The position numbers and the translations under genes were made by a program. 64,000 nucleotides of DNA, from contig CAMDFR010000002.1 of the NCBI GenBank assembly GCA_945897725.1, forward strand, positions 70,200 through 134,199, read 5' to 3'. Below, piece after piece: positions 1 through 8,877 of the stretch. Position 1 is the stretch's first letter, and the number at the start of each line of letters is the position of its first letter. Below the pieces are notes generated by a model that was not told the origin of the DNA, made no database searches, and saw nothing but the letters and a program-made list of their open reading frames with translations. This DNA comes from Chitinophaga pinensis. Lineage in GTDB: Bacteria; Bacteroidota; Bacteroidia; Chitinophagales; CAMDFR01.

Positions 1-454
1 GAGTAGCCAATTCTGTATAGTCTAAATCAGGTTTTCTTCTTAATAATTTCTCTTTATAAGTACCAGAGAGAACGGTGGTTTTTGTAGCAATGAGTCCCAC
101 TCTATGAATACGCTCGTCGCCAATCACAGCCTCAACAATAGGGTCGATTACATTGATGATTGGTCTAATGCCTTTATGAGCATCTCGAAGATATTCATAA
201 GCGGCGGCAGAGGCTGTATTACAAGCAATGACAATGGCTTTGCATTTTTTTTCGTGGAGCAGAAAATCACTTATCTTAAGCGCATAGTGTTTAATCAAAT
301 CTTTCGATTTGTCGCCATACGGCATATGCGCTGTATCGCCAAAATAGATAAGCTCCTCATCGGGCAATAGCTTAGAAATAGCATTGGCGACTGTTAGGCC
401 GCCAATTCCTGAGTCAAATATTCCAACAGGTTGTTTACTATTTTCTTTTTTCAT
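1..454 (-). CDS. murI: Glutamate racemase (5' part; runs off the window start)
   Basis: Manual minus-strand translation from ATG at 454 (alternative in-frame ATG at 466) gives MKKENSKQPVGIFDSGIGGLTV...FGDTAHMPYG...VIACNTASA, the MurI motifs. It follows skp, as is usual in Bacteroidota. Not in the ORF track. Confidence 0.93.
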   Translation of the reverse strand, partial: MKKENSKQPVGIFDSGIGGLTVANAISKLLPDEELIYFGDTAHMPYGDKSKDLIKHYALKISDFLLHEKKCKAIVIACNTASAAAYEYLRDAHKGIRPIINVIDPIVEAVIGDERIHRVGLIATKTTVLSGTYKEKLLRRKPDLDYTELAT

Positions 455-490
455 TTTTAGAGTCATCTATCATGACCAATGAGCCCAATC

Positions 491-994
491 TTATAGAGCT
501 AATTTTTTCTTAATTAGTCCGATTACATTATCCGTTTCTGGAGCATAAAAAATAGCACCAGATGACATATCAAAGATATAGGTATAGCCATTTTCTGTAG
601 CAACTGTTTTTACAATAGATTGTACTTTTAGACGAATAGGAGCCATCATCTTCTCTTGTAAATCATCTAATCTAGCTTTGGAATCTTCTTGAAAAGATTG
701 AAGATTGCTTTCTTGATTTGCTAAGTCTTTCTCAGAAGCTTCACGGATCAAAGCAGTCATCTTGTCTTTATTGATATTATAGTCATTTAATTTTTGAGAA
801 TAATCTTGATACATCATCTCCGCTTTCTTTTGCAAAGCATCAGAATTTTCTGTCAATACGGTATCCATATGTTTAACCTCTGGCATCAAAACCAATAATT
901 CTTGACTGTTGAAATAGCCTAGCTTTTGAGCTTTTGACTCTTTAGCGTTTAATAATAAAGTGGCTGCAAATAAAATAAAAAGTAGTTTCTTCAT
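491..994 (-). CDS. skp: OmpH/Skp family periplasmic chaperone
   Basis: Signal peptide, AQKLGYFNSQELL start, coiled-coil middle, VATENGYTYIFD end; downstream of bamA. Confidence 0.92.
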   Translation of the reverse strand: MKKLLFILFAATLLLNAKESKAQKLGYFNSQELLVLMPEVKHMDTVLTENSDALQKKAEMMYQDYSQKLNDYNINKDKMTALIREASEKDLANQESNLQSFQEDSKARLDDLQEKMMAPIRLKVQSIVKTVATENGYTYIFDMSSGAIFYAPETDNVIGLIKKKLAL

Positions 995-1056
995 TGTGTT
1001 TTTTTAATGTTAATTATTGTGTTTAGATGTTGAATAGCAAATATACAAATATGCTC

Positions 1057-1569
1057 CTATTTAATGCCCAAGCCTTGCAATATTTCGTCGCTTTTGTCGT
1101 AAAGAGGATTGGTATAAAGCATATAAGGGCCATTGGCTTTATCAAAAATGAAATCATATTTTTTTTCAGTTGCCATCTTTTGTATCTCATTGTATACTTG
1201 ATCTTGAATCGGCTTAATCAATTCTTGTCTTTTCTTAAACAATTCACCGTTGGGACCGAATTTATCTTTCTGTAATTGTTTAATCTCTTTCTCCTTATTT
1301 TCAATAGCGGTCATACGTTGTTGTTTCAATTGTTCCGTCAACAATACTTGCTCGCTTTGAAAGGCATTATACATCTTGCTTACATCGGCCATCTTGGTCT
1401 CAATATCTTTTTGCCATGTGGCAGAAACCTCATCCAATTGTTTTTGTGCCCTTTGATAAGCAGGTATAGCTTTAAGAATATAATCCATATCTACATAGGC
1501 TATCTTCTGTGCATCAGCAGCAGTAGTACCTATCAGTACTGCTACAAAAAACATGATTAACTTTTTCAT
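1057..1569 (-). CDS. skp: OmpH/Skp family periplasmic chaperone
   Basis: AQKIAYVDMDYIL...LFKKRQELIKPIQD...YDFIFDK; tandem skp pair after bamA. Confidence 0.93.
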   Translation of the reverse strand: MKKLIMFFVAVLIGTTAADAQKIAYVDMDYILKAIPAYQRAQKQLDEVSATWQKDIETKMADVSKMYNAFQSEQVLLTEQLKQQRMTAIENKEKEIKQLQKDKFGPNGELFKKRQELIKPIQDQVYNEIQKMATEKKYDFIFDKANGPYMLYTNPLYDKSDEILQGLGIK

Positions 1570-1594
1570 TTTCTACAGTTTTAGTTTAAAAAAT

Positions 1595-4237
1595 TTATTC
1601 GGGTTCAAAACCTAAGATAATTCTAAATTTACCATACTTGGTGAATAAATTATTACCGTTTCCTTTTACCTCATCAAAGCCTATGCCATAGTCAAATCCA
1701 AGCAAACCAAACATCGGTAAAAAGATACGTACACCCGCACCAACAGAGCGTTTCAGGTTGGCTGGATTATATTTTTTAATGTCGTTGTACACGTTTCCAC
1801 CTTCAGCAAACAATAAAGTATAGACTGTGGCCGATGGATTCAACGAAATAGGATACCTCAATTCGAAAGTAAACTTATTAAAGATAGGAGAACCGTTTGT
1901 TTGATTCAATACATCGTATCCTCTTAAAGAAACGATGTCTCTAGCTGTTAACTGATACCCGCCCGATAATCCATCGCCACCTAACTCAAATCGTCCAAAT
2001 GGCGTAAGACCAACATTCCTATTATAACTAAATAAGAATCCAAATTTGGCAGAAGCACGGAAAACTAATTTCTGGTTCTTGCTCAAAGGTGTGTACCAAT
2101 CTAATTTCAATTTTAATTTGCTATACTCTAACCATTTGAAACGGTCCTGCGCCGGCAAGTCGGTGCTTGTATAATCCAATTGTCTGCTTGATATAAACAA
2201 TGAGTAAGGTAAGGTAAACTGACCGGAAAGTTCAATATTAGCGCCTCTTCTAGGGTAAATAGACTGATCGACAGAATTTCTAGAAAACATCAAATTTAGA
2301 TTCAAATCATGCGAATATCCATTCTGGAAAATAAAATTATTGCTTGTCCAATTTTTTAAACCGTACAGCTGATAATTGATAGAAGGAAGGAAAGTGAAAT
2401 AATCATCAGGCCATTTTAGTCGAGTACCAAACTGAACGGTAGCCGAAGTGGTTCGCAACCACCCATTCACCTTATTTGTAGTCGTATTCACATCATTGAT
2501 ATGCGTTCGAAAGAAACTTAAAGTCAAGGAATTCGGATGACTACCACCTAGCCAAGGCTCCGTAAAAGAGACATTATAAGATTGATATTGTCTACCATTC
2601 GCCTGAACGCGTATGGATAATTTTTGTCCATCACCTGTAGGCAATGGTGTCCATGCTTGTTTTTTAAAGATGTTGCGTAAGGAAAAATTGGTAAATGAAA
2701 CGCCCGCCGTACCTACAATTCCTCTGCCTTTGCCTCCCCATCCTGCACTCAACTCTAATTGATCTGATGGTTTTTCTACTACCTTAAACTCTACATCCAC
2801 CGTGCCATTTTCTGGATTTGGTGTTGGGATAATTTCAATTTGCTCTGGGTCAAAATACCCTAAGGAGCCAATTTCTCTTTGCGAACGAATTAGGTCGGCA
2901 CGACTAAATTTATTCCCTGGAATCACCCGAAGCTCTCTTCTGATTACATGCTCATTGGTCTTGGTATTGCCCGATATGGTTACCTTATTGATCGTAGCTT
3001 GTGCCCCTTCAAACAAACGCATTTCCAAATCTACCGAATCGCCTTCTATCATAATTTCTGTTGGCGTCACTTGAAAAAACAAATAACCGTCGTCCATATA
3101 AATGGAACTCACATCACCACCCGTCTGACTCATCTGCAATTTTTCATCCAATAATGCTTGATTGTATATGGTCCCTTTTTTAATACTCAATACATAGTTC
3201 AAGGTAGAATCGTCGTACTTTGTATTGCCCTTCCAATAAATGTTTCGGATATAATATTTAGGTCCTTCGCTGATGCGAATTTCAATATTCATGTTAGAAG
3301 GGTTTTCCATATAGATGCTATCAGAAACAATTTTAGCATCTCTATAACCAAGATTATTGTACATGTTTATAATCTTATCTTTGTCCTTTTCGTATGCTTT
3401 GGCATCAAACTTCGATGCTTTAAAAATATTGATATTGGCAAACCTATCGAGGTATTCGTAAGCCACCGAAGGAGATAAATTAGCGAGCATACGTGCAAAG
3501 TTCCATTTACGAGGATCTTTACGATTCTTCTTGCCAGCAAAAATTTCTTTAGTATCTAACTTTATCTTTTCCTTCGTGTCCTTCATCTGGCGCTGTATCT
3601 TAGAGTCTGTCACGTTTTCATTGCCATAAAACTGGATGTCGTTAATCTTTACTTTTAATCCTTTTTGAATATAAATGGCAACAATTCTACTGTTCAACAT
3701 CACCGAATCTTTCTGCTCCACCATACTCACCGTCACATCCAAAAAGCCTTTGTCTTTGTAGTAATCTTTGATAATTTTTGCCGTAGAGAACTTTAAATTT
3801 TCGGTAATAATTTGTCCAGCCGTTAAATTTAATTTCTTTCTCAATTCATCCACATCTGCATTCGGGATGCCTTTAAAAATAAAGCGCGAAAGGCGAGGTC
3901 GCTCTTCCAACTGAATTTCTAAAAAGGCCACATCACCAATCGTATGATCTAAGACAATATTTATTTTAGTAAATAATTTTTGATCCCATAAATTTTTAAT
4001 TGCCTTCGAAATATCTTCACTGGGAATGGTGATTTTTGTACCAGGACGTAAGCCCGAAATCGAAATCAATACATTCTTATCCAGGTATTGAGTACCTGTA
4101 ACTTTCACTGTGCCTATCTCATATTCACGAGCCAAAGAATAGTCCATTGTGGCAAGACTGTCCTGTGCTATCAAAGTACTAGAAATAAAAAGGAATAGTA
4201 GAAACAGACTATGCTGTAGAATCGAATTTTTCTTCAT
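1595..4237 (-). CDS. bamA: Outer-membrane protein assembly factor BamA
   Basis: 880 aa with signal peptide, POTRA-like repeats (GNTKTNEHVIRRELR), LRGY motif and a C-terminal barrel (GAGVRIFLPMFGLLGFDYG). Confidence 0.96.
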   Translation of the reverse strand: MKKNSILQHSLFLLFLFISSTLIAQDSLATMDYSLAREYEIGTVKVTGTQYLDKNVLISISGLRPGTKITIPSEDISKAIKNLWDQKLFTKINIVLDHTIGDVAFLEIQLEERPRLSRFIFKGIPNADVDELRKKLNLTAGQIITENLKFSTAKIIKDYYKDKGFLDVTVSMVEQKDSVMLNSRIVAIYIQKGLKVKINDIQFYGNENVTDSKIQRQMKDTKEKIKLDTKEIFAGKKNRKDPRKWNFARMLANLSPSVAYEYLDRFANINIFKASKFDAKAYEKDKDKIINMYNNLGYRDAKIVSDSIYMENPSNMNIEIRISEGPKYYIRNIYWKGNTKYDDSTLNYVLSIKKGTIYNQALLDEKLQMSQTGGDVSSIYMDDGYLFFQVTPTEIMIEGDSVDLEMRLFEGAQATINKVTISGNTKTNEHVIRRELRVIPGNKFSRADLIRSQREIGSLGYFDPEQIEIIPTPNPENGTVDVEFKVVEKPSDQLELSAGWGGKGRGIVGTAGVSFTNFSLRNIFKKQAWTPLPTGDGQKLSIRVQANGRQYQSYNVSFTEPWLGGSHPNSLTLSFFRTHINDVNTTTNKVNGWLRTTSATVQFGTRLKWPDDYFTFLPSINYQLYGLKNWTSNNFIFQNGYSHDLNLNLMFSRNSVDQSIYPRRGANIELSGQFTLPYSLFISSRQLDYTSTDLPAQDRFKWLEYSKLKLKLDWYTPLSKNQKLVFRASAKFGFLFSYNRNVGLTPFGRFELGGDGLSGGYQLTARDIVSLRGYDVLNQTNGSPIFNKFTFELRYPISLNPSATVYTLLFAEGGNVYNDIKKYNPANLKRSVGAGVRIFLPMFGLLGFDYGIGFDEVKGNGNNLFTKYGKFRIILGFEPE

Positions 4238-4244
4238 GCTTTAA

Positions 4245-4994
4245 TTATGAGGGCGTACTGATTTGTTCACTTGTTTTTCCAAATCGTCGCTCTCTCTTTT
4301 GATAATCTAAAATGGCCTCGTACAAATTTTCTTTTCTAAATTCTGGCCAATAAGTTTCGGTAAAATAAAATTCGGTATAAGCCATTTGCCATAATAAAAA
4401 GTTGCTGATGCGGTTCTCGCCACTCGTTCTTATCAGCAATTCAGGATCAGGAATTTCATTGGTAAAGAGATGTTTTTGTATGTCCTCTTCCGTCAAATCA
4501 TCAGCATTAATTTGCTTTGCCTGCACCTCTTTGCTAATCGCTTTCACTGCCTGTAATATTTCGTCGCGCCCGCTATAACTCAATGCCAATACCAAATCCA
4601 TGGCACTATTATTTTTTGTAATCTCTATGCTTTCTAGCAATTCTTTGTGACATCTACTTGGCAATGTTTCTATATTTCCAATGGCTTTCAAACGAATATT
4701 ATTGTCCATTAGTGTGCGCGTTTCTTTTCTAATGGTTTGCACCAATAATTCCATCAATGCCACCACTTCCAACTTCGGTCTATTCCAATTTTCTGTAGAA
4801 AAAGCATAGAGTGTCAGGTATTTTACACCCAATTCTGCACAAGCTTCAGACACTTCACGCACGCTTTTCACGCCATTGCTATGTCCAAAAATTCTGTTTT
4901 TGCCTTGTTCTTTTGCCCAACGTCCATTGCCATCCATAATCACAGCAATATGCTGAGGCAGTTTGTTGGTATCTATTAAGTTTTTTAAAGACAT
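4245..4994 (-). CDS. uppS: Undecaprenyl diphosphate synthase (isoprenyl transferase)
   Basis: HIAVIMDGNGRWA, YAFSTENWNRP and LLIRTSGENRISNFLLWQ motifs. Confidence 0.97.
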   Translation of the reverse strand: MSLKNLIDTNKLPQHIAVIMDGNGRWAKEQGKNRIFGHSNGVKSVREVSEACAELGVKYLTLYAFSTENWNRPKLEVVALMELLVQTIRKETRTLMDNNIRLKAIGNIETLPSRCHKELLESIEITKNNSAMDLVLALSYSGRDEILQAVKAISKEVQAKQINADDLTEEDIQKHLFTNEIPDPELLIRTSGENRISNFLLWQMAYTEFYFTETYWPEFRKENLYEAILDYQKRERRFGKTSEQISTPS

Positions 4995-5117
4995 AAATGC
5001 TTGCGTGATAAATAGCCGACAAAAATAGAAAATCTAGCGCTATAATGCACCATAGACGGACAAATTAGAATATATTAACGCTTTTCTTCAACAATCAAGA
5101 CTTTCCTTTTTCTTTAT

Positions 5118-5264
5118 GGGGTGTGCCCCTAGCCTTGCATAGCAATCCTTGGCTATGCGCCATTGTAAGCACCTAAATGGCTAGGGTCCTGCTGTTCACT
5201 TCTATCTTTTTATGGACTCGCAAAGCCTCGTCATAAAAAGGATAACGTTGCCATCAGTCACACG
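5118..5264 (+). ncRNA. Structured element copy 1 (Flavo-1-like RNA/repeat)
   Basis: T-rich lead, GG-GTGTG-CC [stem CTAGCC...GGCTAG] GGTC-CTG...TATC-TTTTTATG...CATAAAAA-G-GATA...TGCCA-T-CAG-T-CACAC. Same architecture as three other copies in the window. The family name is from memory only. Confidence 0.62.
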
Positions 5265-5300
5265 GGCATTTCGACATCAGCATGATTTGAATTCATTTTG

Positions 5301-5367
5301 TGCCGCTCCGCTGGAGCTGGTTTCAATACTTATTATAGATCTAGTAATATTTCGCTCCTCCGGAGCT
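5301..5367. repeat. Two short REP-like palindromes (CGCTCC-N3-GGAGCT)
   Basis: CGCTCCgctGGAGCT at about 5304-5318 and CGCTCCtccGGAGCT at about 5353-5367. Confidence 0.6.
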
Positions 5368-5401
5368 TTGATGCCATACCTAAATCTATACATTGTTTTC
5401 T

Positions 5402-5530
5402 CTCGCAAGCGGACGCTTGTGAGTTCTACTAAAAAAATAACAACATATTCTATCCTATCTCTCGCAACTGTCCGCTTGTTAGCTTTTCTAAACAATTACC
5501 CTTATTCTCTCGCAAGCGTCCGCTTGTGAG
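5402..5530. repeat. Three 22-bp REP-like palindromes (CTCGCAAGCG-NN-CGCTTGTGAG)
   Basis: Direct copies at 5402-5423, 5461-5482 (degenerate) and 5509-5530, separated by AT-rich spacers of 37 and 26 nt. Confidence 0.8.
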
Positions 5531-5780
5531 CTCTTTTCTAATACATCAAAGTAGAAAATCATGCCCCGACTGTCATTGCGAAAGCCAACCGGCTGCTCTT
5601 GGCTTGTGGCAATCTTAAGTCGAAGTGTCGCTCTTCCCATCGCATCATAAATTTCAAATTTAACATCACTAAATTCAAATTTACAAATTCATAAATTCAC
5701 TCATTTTCAAATTGAATATTTGATCCAAAGGTTGTTATAATCCAATGCATTGCCTCTTCGCCTACCACATCGAAATGTTT

Positions 5781-5861
5781 GCGTGACGGACTGGCAGCAG
5801 TACCTTGTACTGCCTAAGGCCGGACAGCGGCTCTTGGCTGTTTTCAGCCGCTGGCACGCCC
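5781..5861 (-). ncRNA. Structured element copy 2 (Flavo-1-like), convergent to copy 1
   Basis: Reverse complement reads GG-GCGTG-CC-AGCGGCT...AGCCGCT-GTC-CGG...GCAGTAC-AA-G-GTACTGC-TGCCA-GT-CCG-T-CACGC. Confidence 0.62.
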
Positions 5862-5878
5862 AATAAAAAGAATAAATT

Positions 5879-6727
5879 TTAATTGCCGACGAACTTGCCT
5901 TCTGGATAGGGATGTGGGCAAATCAATGATTTGAAGGTATAAGAAAGGGTGAAACTAAAAAACATATAATGGTCTTTTTTAGTAGAGCTGCCGCGCTGAT
6001 AACCAGGTTTACCAATCACTTCGCCTTTCTCACCACTTCGGTCCATGAGCTTATAGGCGATGCCTTTATTGCCATCTGGCAAGGAGACGGGACTTACATA
6101 ATCGGTGCTTACATCATCCAAATAATCGGTAAAAGTGACTCTGTTTTGAAAGTCTAGACCTACCGACCAATAACGGTTACAAGCCAATTTAATGCCACCG
6201 CCTATAGGAATGGCTAAATTGTACAACTTATACTTTCTATTGCTGGTATAATTCGGGTCATTCTGCCCTTCCGTGCCAAGGGGTTGCAAGTTGTACCATC
6301 TGTTTTGGTATTTTGCCTGCGGATTAAAAAAGAAGACGCAAAGCCCCGTGGAAACATAAGGAGAAACAATCATCTTACGGCTTCGTGTCAAGAAATCAAG
6401 AAAATTAAATTCCAACATTTCACTTAATTCAAAAATATCGGAACGAAAGGATAGATTTCTGTTTTTTTGAAATTGATTTTTGGACAATTGATCATCGGCA
6501 GAAACCTGACCATAAGCAAATGCATGTTTGAACGAAAAGCGCGTCCCTATATTGTTTCTCATGAAAACACCCGCCGATGGACCAACCTTTTGGAAGCTGG
6601 TATTGGTGTTTAGATCACCGGTATAATTAGCACCGCCCAACATGATTCCAACTTCTATTTTTTGAGAGAATGTAGCGAGGAAGACCAAGTTTCCAAGTAA
6701 AAAGAAAAGGATGATTCTGCTGTTCAA
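5879..6727 (-). CDS. DUF6089 / PorG-like outer-membrane beta-barrel protein
   Basis: Signal peptide, GGANYTGDL, RNLSFRS, LQPLGTEGQ and FTDYLDDVS motifs typical of DUF6089; sits upstream of uppS-bamA. TTG start. Confidence 0.8.
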   Translation of the reverse strand: MNSRIILFFLLGNLVFLATFSQKIEVGIMLGGANYTGDLNTNTSFQKVGPSAGVFMRNNIGTRFSFKHAFAYGQVSADDQLSKNQFQKNRNLSFRSDIFELSEMLEFNFLDFLTRSRKMIVSPYVSTGLCVFFFNPQAKYQNRWYNLQPLGTEGQNDPNYTSNRKYKLYNLAIPIGGGIKLACNRYWSVGLDFQNRVTFTDYLDDVSTDYVSPVSLPDGNKGIAYKLMDRSGEKGEVIGKPGYQRGSSTKKDHYMFFSFTLSYTFKSLICPHPYPEGKFVGN

Positions 6728-6790
6728 TGCGGATAATTTATTTGTTGCCTATATGTAAAACGCATAAATAGAGATTAGATTGTTCTACAT

Positions 6791-6820
6791 AAAAAATCCT
6801 ACTTGAATTCAAGTAGGATT
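6791..6820 (-). terminator. Rho-independent terminator of the 6842-7279 gene
   Basis: Perfect palindrome AATCCTACTTGAATTCAAGTAGGATT followed by a T-tract on the minus strand. Confidence 0.75.
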
Positions 6821-6841
6821 GTATGCTATCTGTAACAAATG

Positions 6842-7279
6842 TTATTTTGATTTTTTTGTATTTTTTGCTGTTGTAGTTGCAGCTACTGGAGTTGTACCAG
6901 ATTTGCAAGTAGTGCCAGATTTGCAACAAGCTTTTTCTGGTCCAGTAGCAGTACCACTTACGTGTGTGCAAGTAGTTGGAGTACCAGAAGAATGCGAACA
7001 AGTTGAGGCAACCGGAGGATTGGTAGCGTTGCTATTTGCAACAGCAGTGTTTGTTGAAGTACCATTACCTGCAGGCATTGTTGTACTCATCACGGTAGAT
7101 GGAGTTTTATCCGCGTTCATTACAGGAGCAGCAATTCTAGCAGCTGGGGTATTCGCTGTTGTCATCGTTGTTGTTGTTCCTGTAGTCGTTGTTGTTGTCG
7201 CTGCTGCTGCTGCTGTTTGAGCATTAGCTGCAAAAAAAGTGATAGCAGTGAAAGTGAATCCTAATAATAATTTTTTCAT
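6842..7279 (-). CDS. Secreted Thr/Ala-rich low-complexity protein with a Cys/His-containing tail
   Basis: Typical signal peptide MKKLLLGFTFTAITFFAANAQ, A-rich leader and its own terminator. Confidence 0.75.
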   Translation of the reverse strand: MKKLLLGFTFTAITFFAANAQTAAAAATTTTTTGTTTTMTTANTPAARIAAPVMNADKTPSTVMSTTMPAGNGTSTNTAVANSNATNPPVASTCSHSSGTPTTCTHVSGTATGPEKACCKSGTTCKSGTTPVAATTTAKNTKKSK

Positions 7280-7325
7280 TGTTTTTATTTTTAATGTAAG
7301 TAAATAATATTGTTTGATTGCTAAA

Positions 7326-7991
7326 TTACAAAAGATTCCCCAATATTGTCTCTCCCCCTCTTACCTTTTGGTTTAATTTAACATTTACTTGGGTTCCTAA
7401 GGGAAGATAGAGATCTACTCTTGAACCAAACTTGATAAAACCGAGTTCATGTCCTTGTTCGGCCATAGCGCCAACTTTGCTATAGCACACAATTTTTTTA
7501 GCAAACTTTCCGGCAATTTGACGGATTAAAATTTCTGCATTTTCGTTGGCAATGACCACCGTATTTCTTTCGTTTTGTGTAGACGATTTTGGATGCCAAG
7601 CAACTAAATATTTACCAGCATGGTATTGCACATATTTGACAATGCCACTGATAGGGTTACGATTAACATGTACATTGGTTGGGGACATAAAAATCGATAG
7701 TTGCAATCGTTTGTCTTTAAAATATTCTGGTTCTTCTACCTCTTCAAGTACCACTACTTTTCCATCTGCTGGTGCGATAATATTGTGTAAACCGTCGGGT
7801 ACCATTCTTGATGGCAATCGAAAGAAAGAGGCTGTAAATAAAAAGATGATTGCCGATAGGCCCAACACTGTAAGATGCGCAATTCTTGAATCGGAGATGG
7901 CTTCTACCAACATGATGATGATAAATAAAGAGACTCCTGTAACAAGAATTATCTTATATCCTTCTCTATGTATGCTTATTCTTTTCTTCAT
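7326..7991 (-). CDS. psd: Phosphatidylserine decarboxylase proenzyme
   Basis: FFRLP, APADGKVV, SIFMSPTNVHVNR and GFIKFGSRVD (self-cleavage site). Start moved to MKKRISIHREG at 7991, just downstream of a TATCTTTG promoter element. Confidence 0.93.
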   Translation of the reverse strand: MKKRISIHREGYKIILVTGVSLFIIIMLVEAISDSRIAHLTVLGLSAIIFLFTASFFRLPSRMVPDGLHNIIAPADGKVVVLEEVEEPEYFKDKRLQLSIFMSPTNVHVNRNPISGIVKYVQYHAGKYLVAWHPKSSTQNERNTVVIANENAEILIRQIAGKFAKKIVCYSKVGAMAEQGHELGFIKFGSRVDLYLPLGTQVNVKLNQKVRGGETILGNLL

Positions 7992-8016
7992 TTCGGTCAC
8001 AAAGATACAAAACTTA

Positions 8017-8862
8017 TCAGAAACGCAAGATGATGTATGTGGCGATGATGGGTAAACTATAGAGAATAGCGTCAAATCGGTCTAAAAAACCACCATGGCC
8101 TGGAATGGCAGAGCCACTATCTTTAATTTGTAGACTTCTCTTGAATAAGCTCTCCACCAAGTCGCCAATAATAGCGCCAGTACTAGATAAAACGGCAATA
8201 ATCAACCAATCTAAAAGAGGGATTTGACCTATGATATAAAAGCCTAAGACGCCACCGATTAAGTTTACCAAATAGCCGCCTACAGTGCCCTCTATCGTTT
8301 TTTTTGGAGAAACTCTAGTAAAGAGCGGATGCTTGCCGAACCAATTACCCATAAAATAGGCGCCCACATCATTGAGCATTACGAGTAGCATGGCACCCAA
8401 TAAAATGCGACCATCATACAAGATACCTGTTTCGGTATTTGATAATTGGATGATATAGTTGCTCATAAAAATCGGAATGCCGATATAAAGTAAACCCATT
8501 ACATTGAGGCCAATATTGTATAAAGGTTTGCTTGATTTAGAAAATAACTCTAAAAAAAGAATTAATAAGAAAGCGAAAGGAGCAATAGACAAATACTTTG
8601 TAGGGAGTATGGTAAGCCTTTCTAGGAAGCCGGCAATAAAAATAGCACAGATGTATATGCTTACTGCTATTCCATGAAAATTTGCTAGGACATCATCGGG
8701 TTCTCTTTCAGCTTTAATGATTTTAAAAAATTCATGAGTACAGAGGAGGATGATTAACAACATGATCAAAGCATATGTCCATGGCGAGAAGTATATGGCG
8801 CTCACAATGATGGCTGCAAAGCTCAATCCAGGTATGATTCTTTTTTTTAGGCTATCCCACAT
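8017..8862 (-). CDS. cdsA: Phosphatidate cytidylyltransferase
   Basis: Multi-TM protein with SPKKTIEG and GDLVESLFKRSLQIKDSGSAIPGHGGFLDRFD. Confidence 0.96.
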   Translation of the reverse strand: MWDSLKKRIIPGLSFAAIIVSAIYFSPWTYALIMLLIILLCTHEFFKIIKAEREPDDVLANFHGIAVSIYICAIFIAGFLERLTILPTKYLSIAPFAFLLILFLELFSKSSKPLYNIGLNVMGLLYIGIPIFMSNYIIQLSNTETGILYDGRILLGAMLLVMLNDVGAYFMGNWFGKHPLFTRVSPKKTIEGTVGGYLVNLIGGVLGFYIIGQIPLLDWLIIAVLSSTGAIIGDLVESLFKRSLQIKDSGSAIPGHGGFLDRFDAILYSLPIIATYIILRF

Positions 8863-8877
8863 TTTTAATCTTTTTAA

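Noticed and set aside
5212-5529. ORFs 5212-5529(+) and 5277-5495(-)
   Set aside because: They run through the palindromic repeats and have no recognisable protein features; likely chance ORFs.
5402-5530. Possible mini CRISPR array
   Set aside because: Only three 22-bp units, unequal spacers (37 and 26 nt), a degenerate middle unit and no cas genes in the window; REP-like is the better reading.
7992-8075. N-terminal extension of psd in the ORF track
   Set aside because: It overlaps cdsA and contains a TATCTTTG promoter-like element; the ATG at 7991 is the more plausible start.
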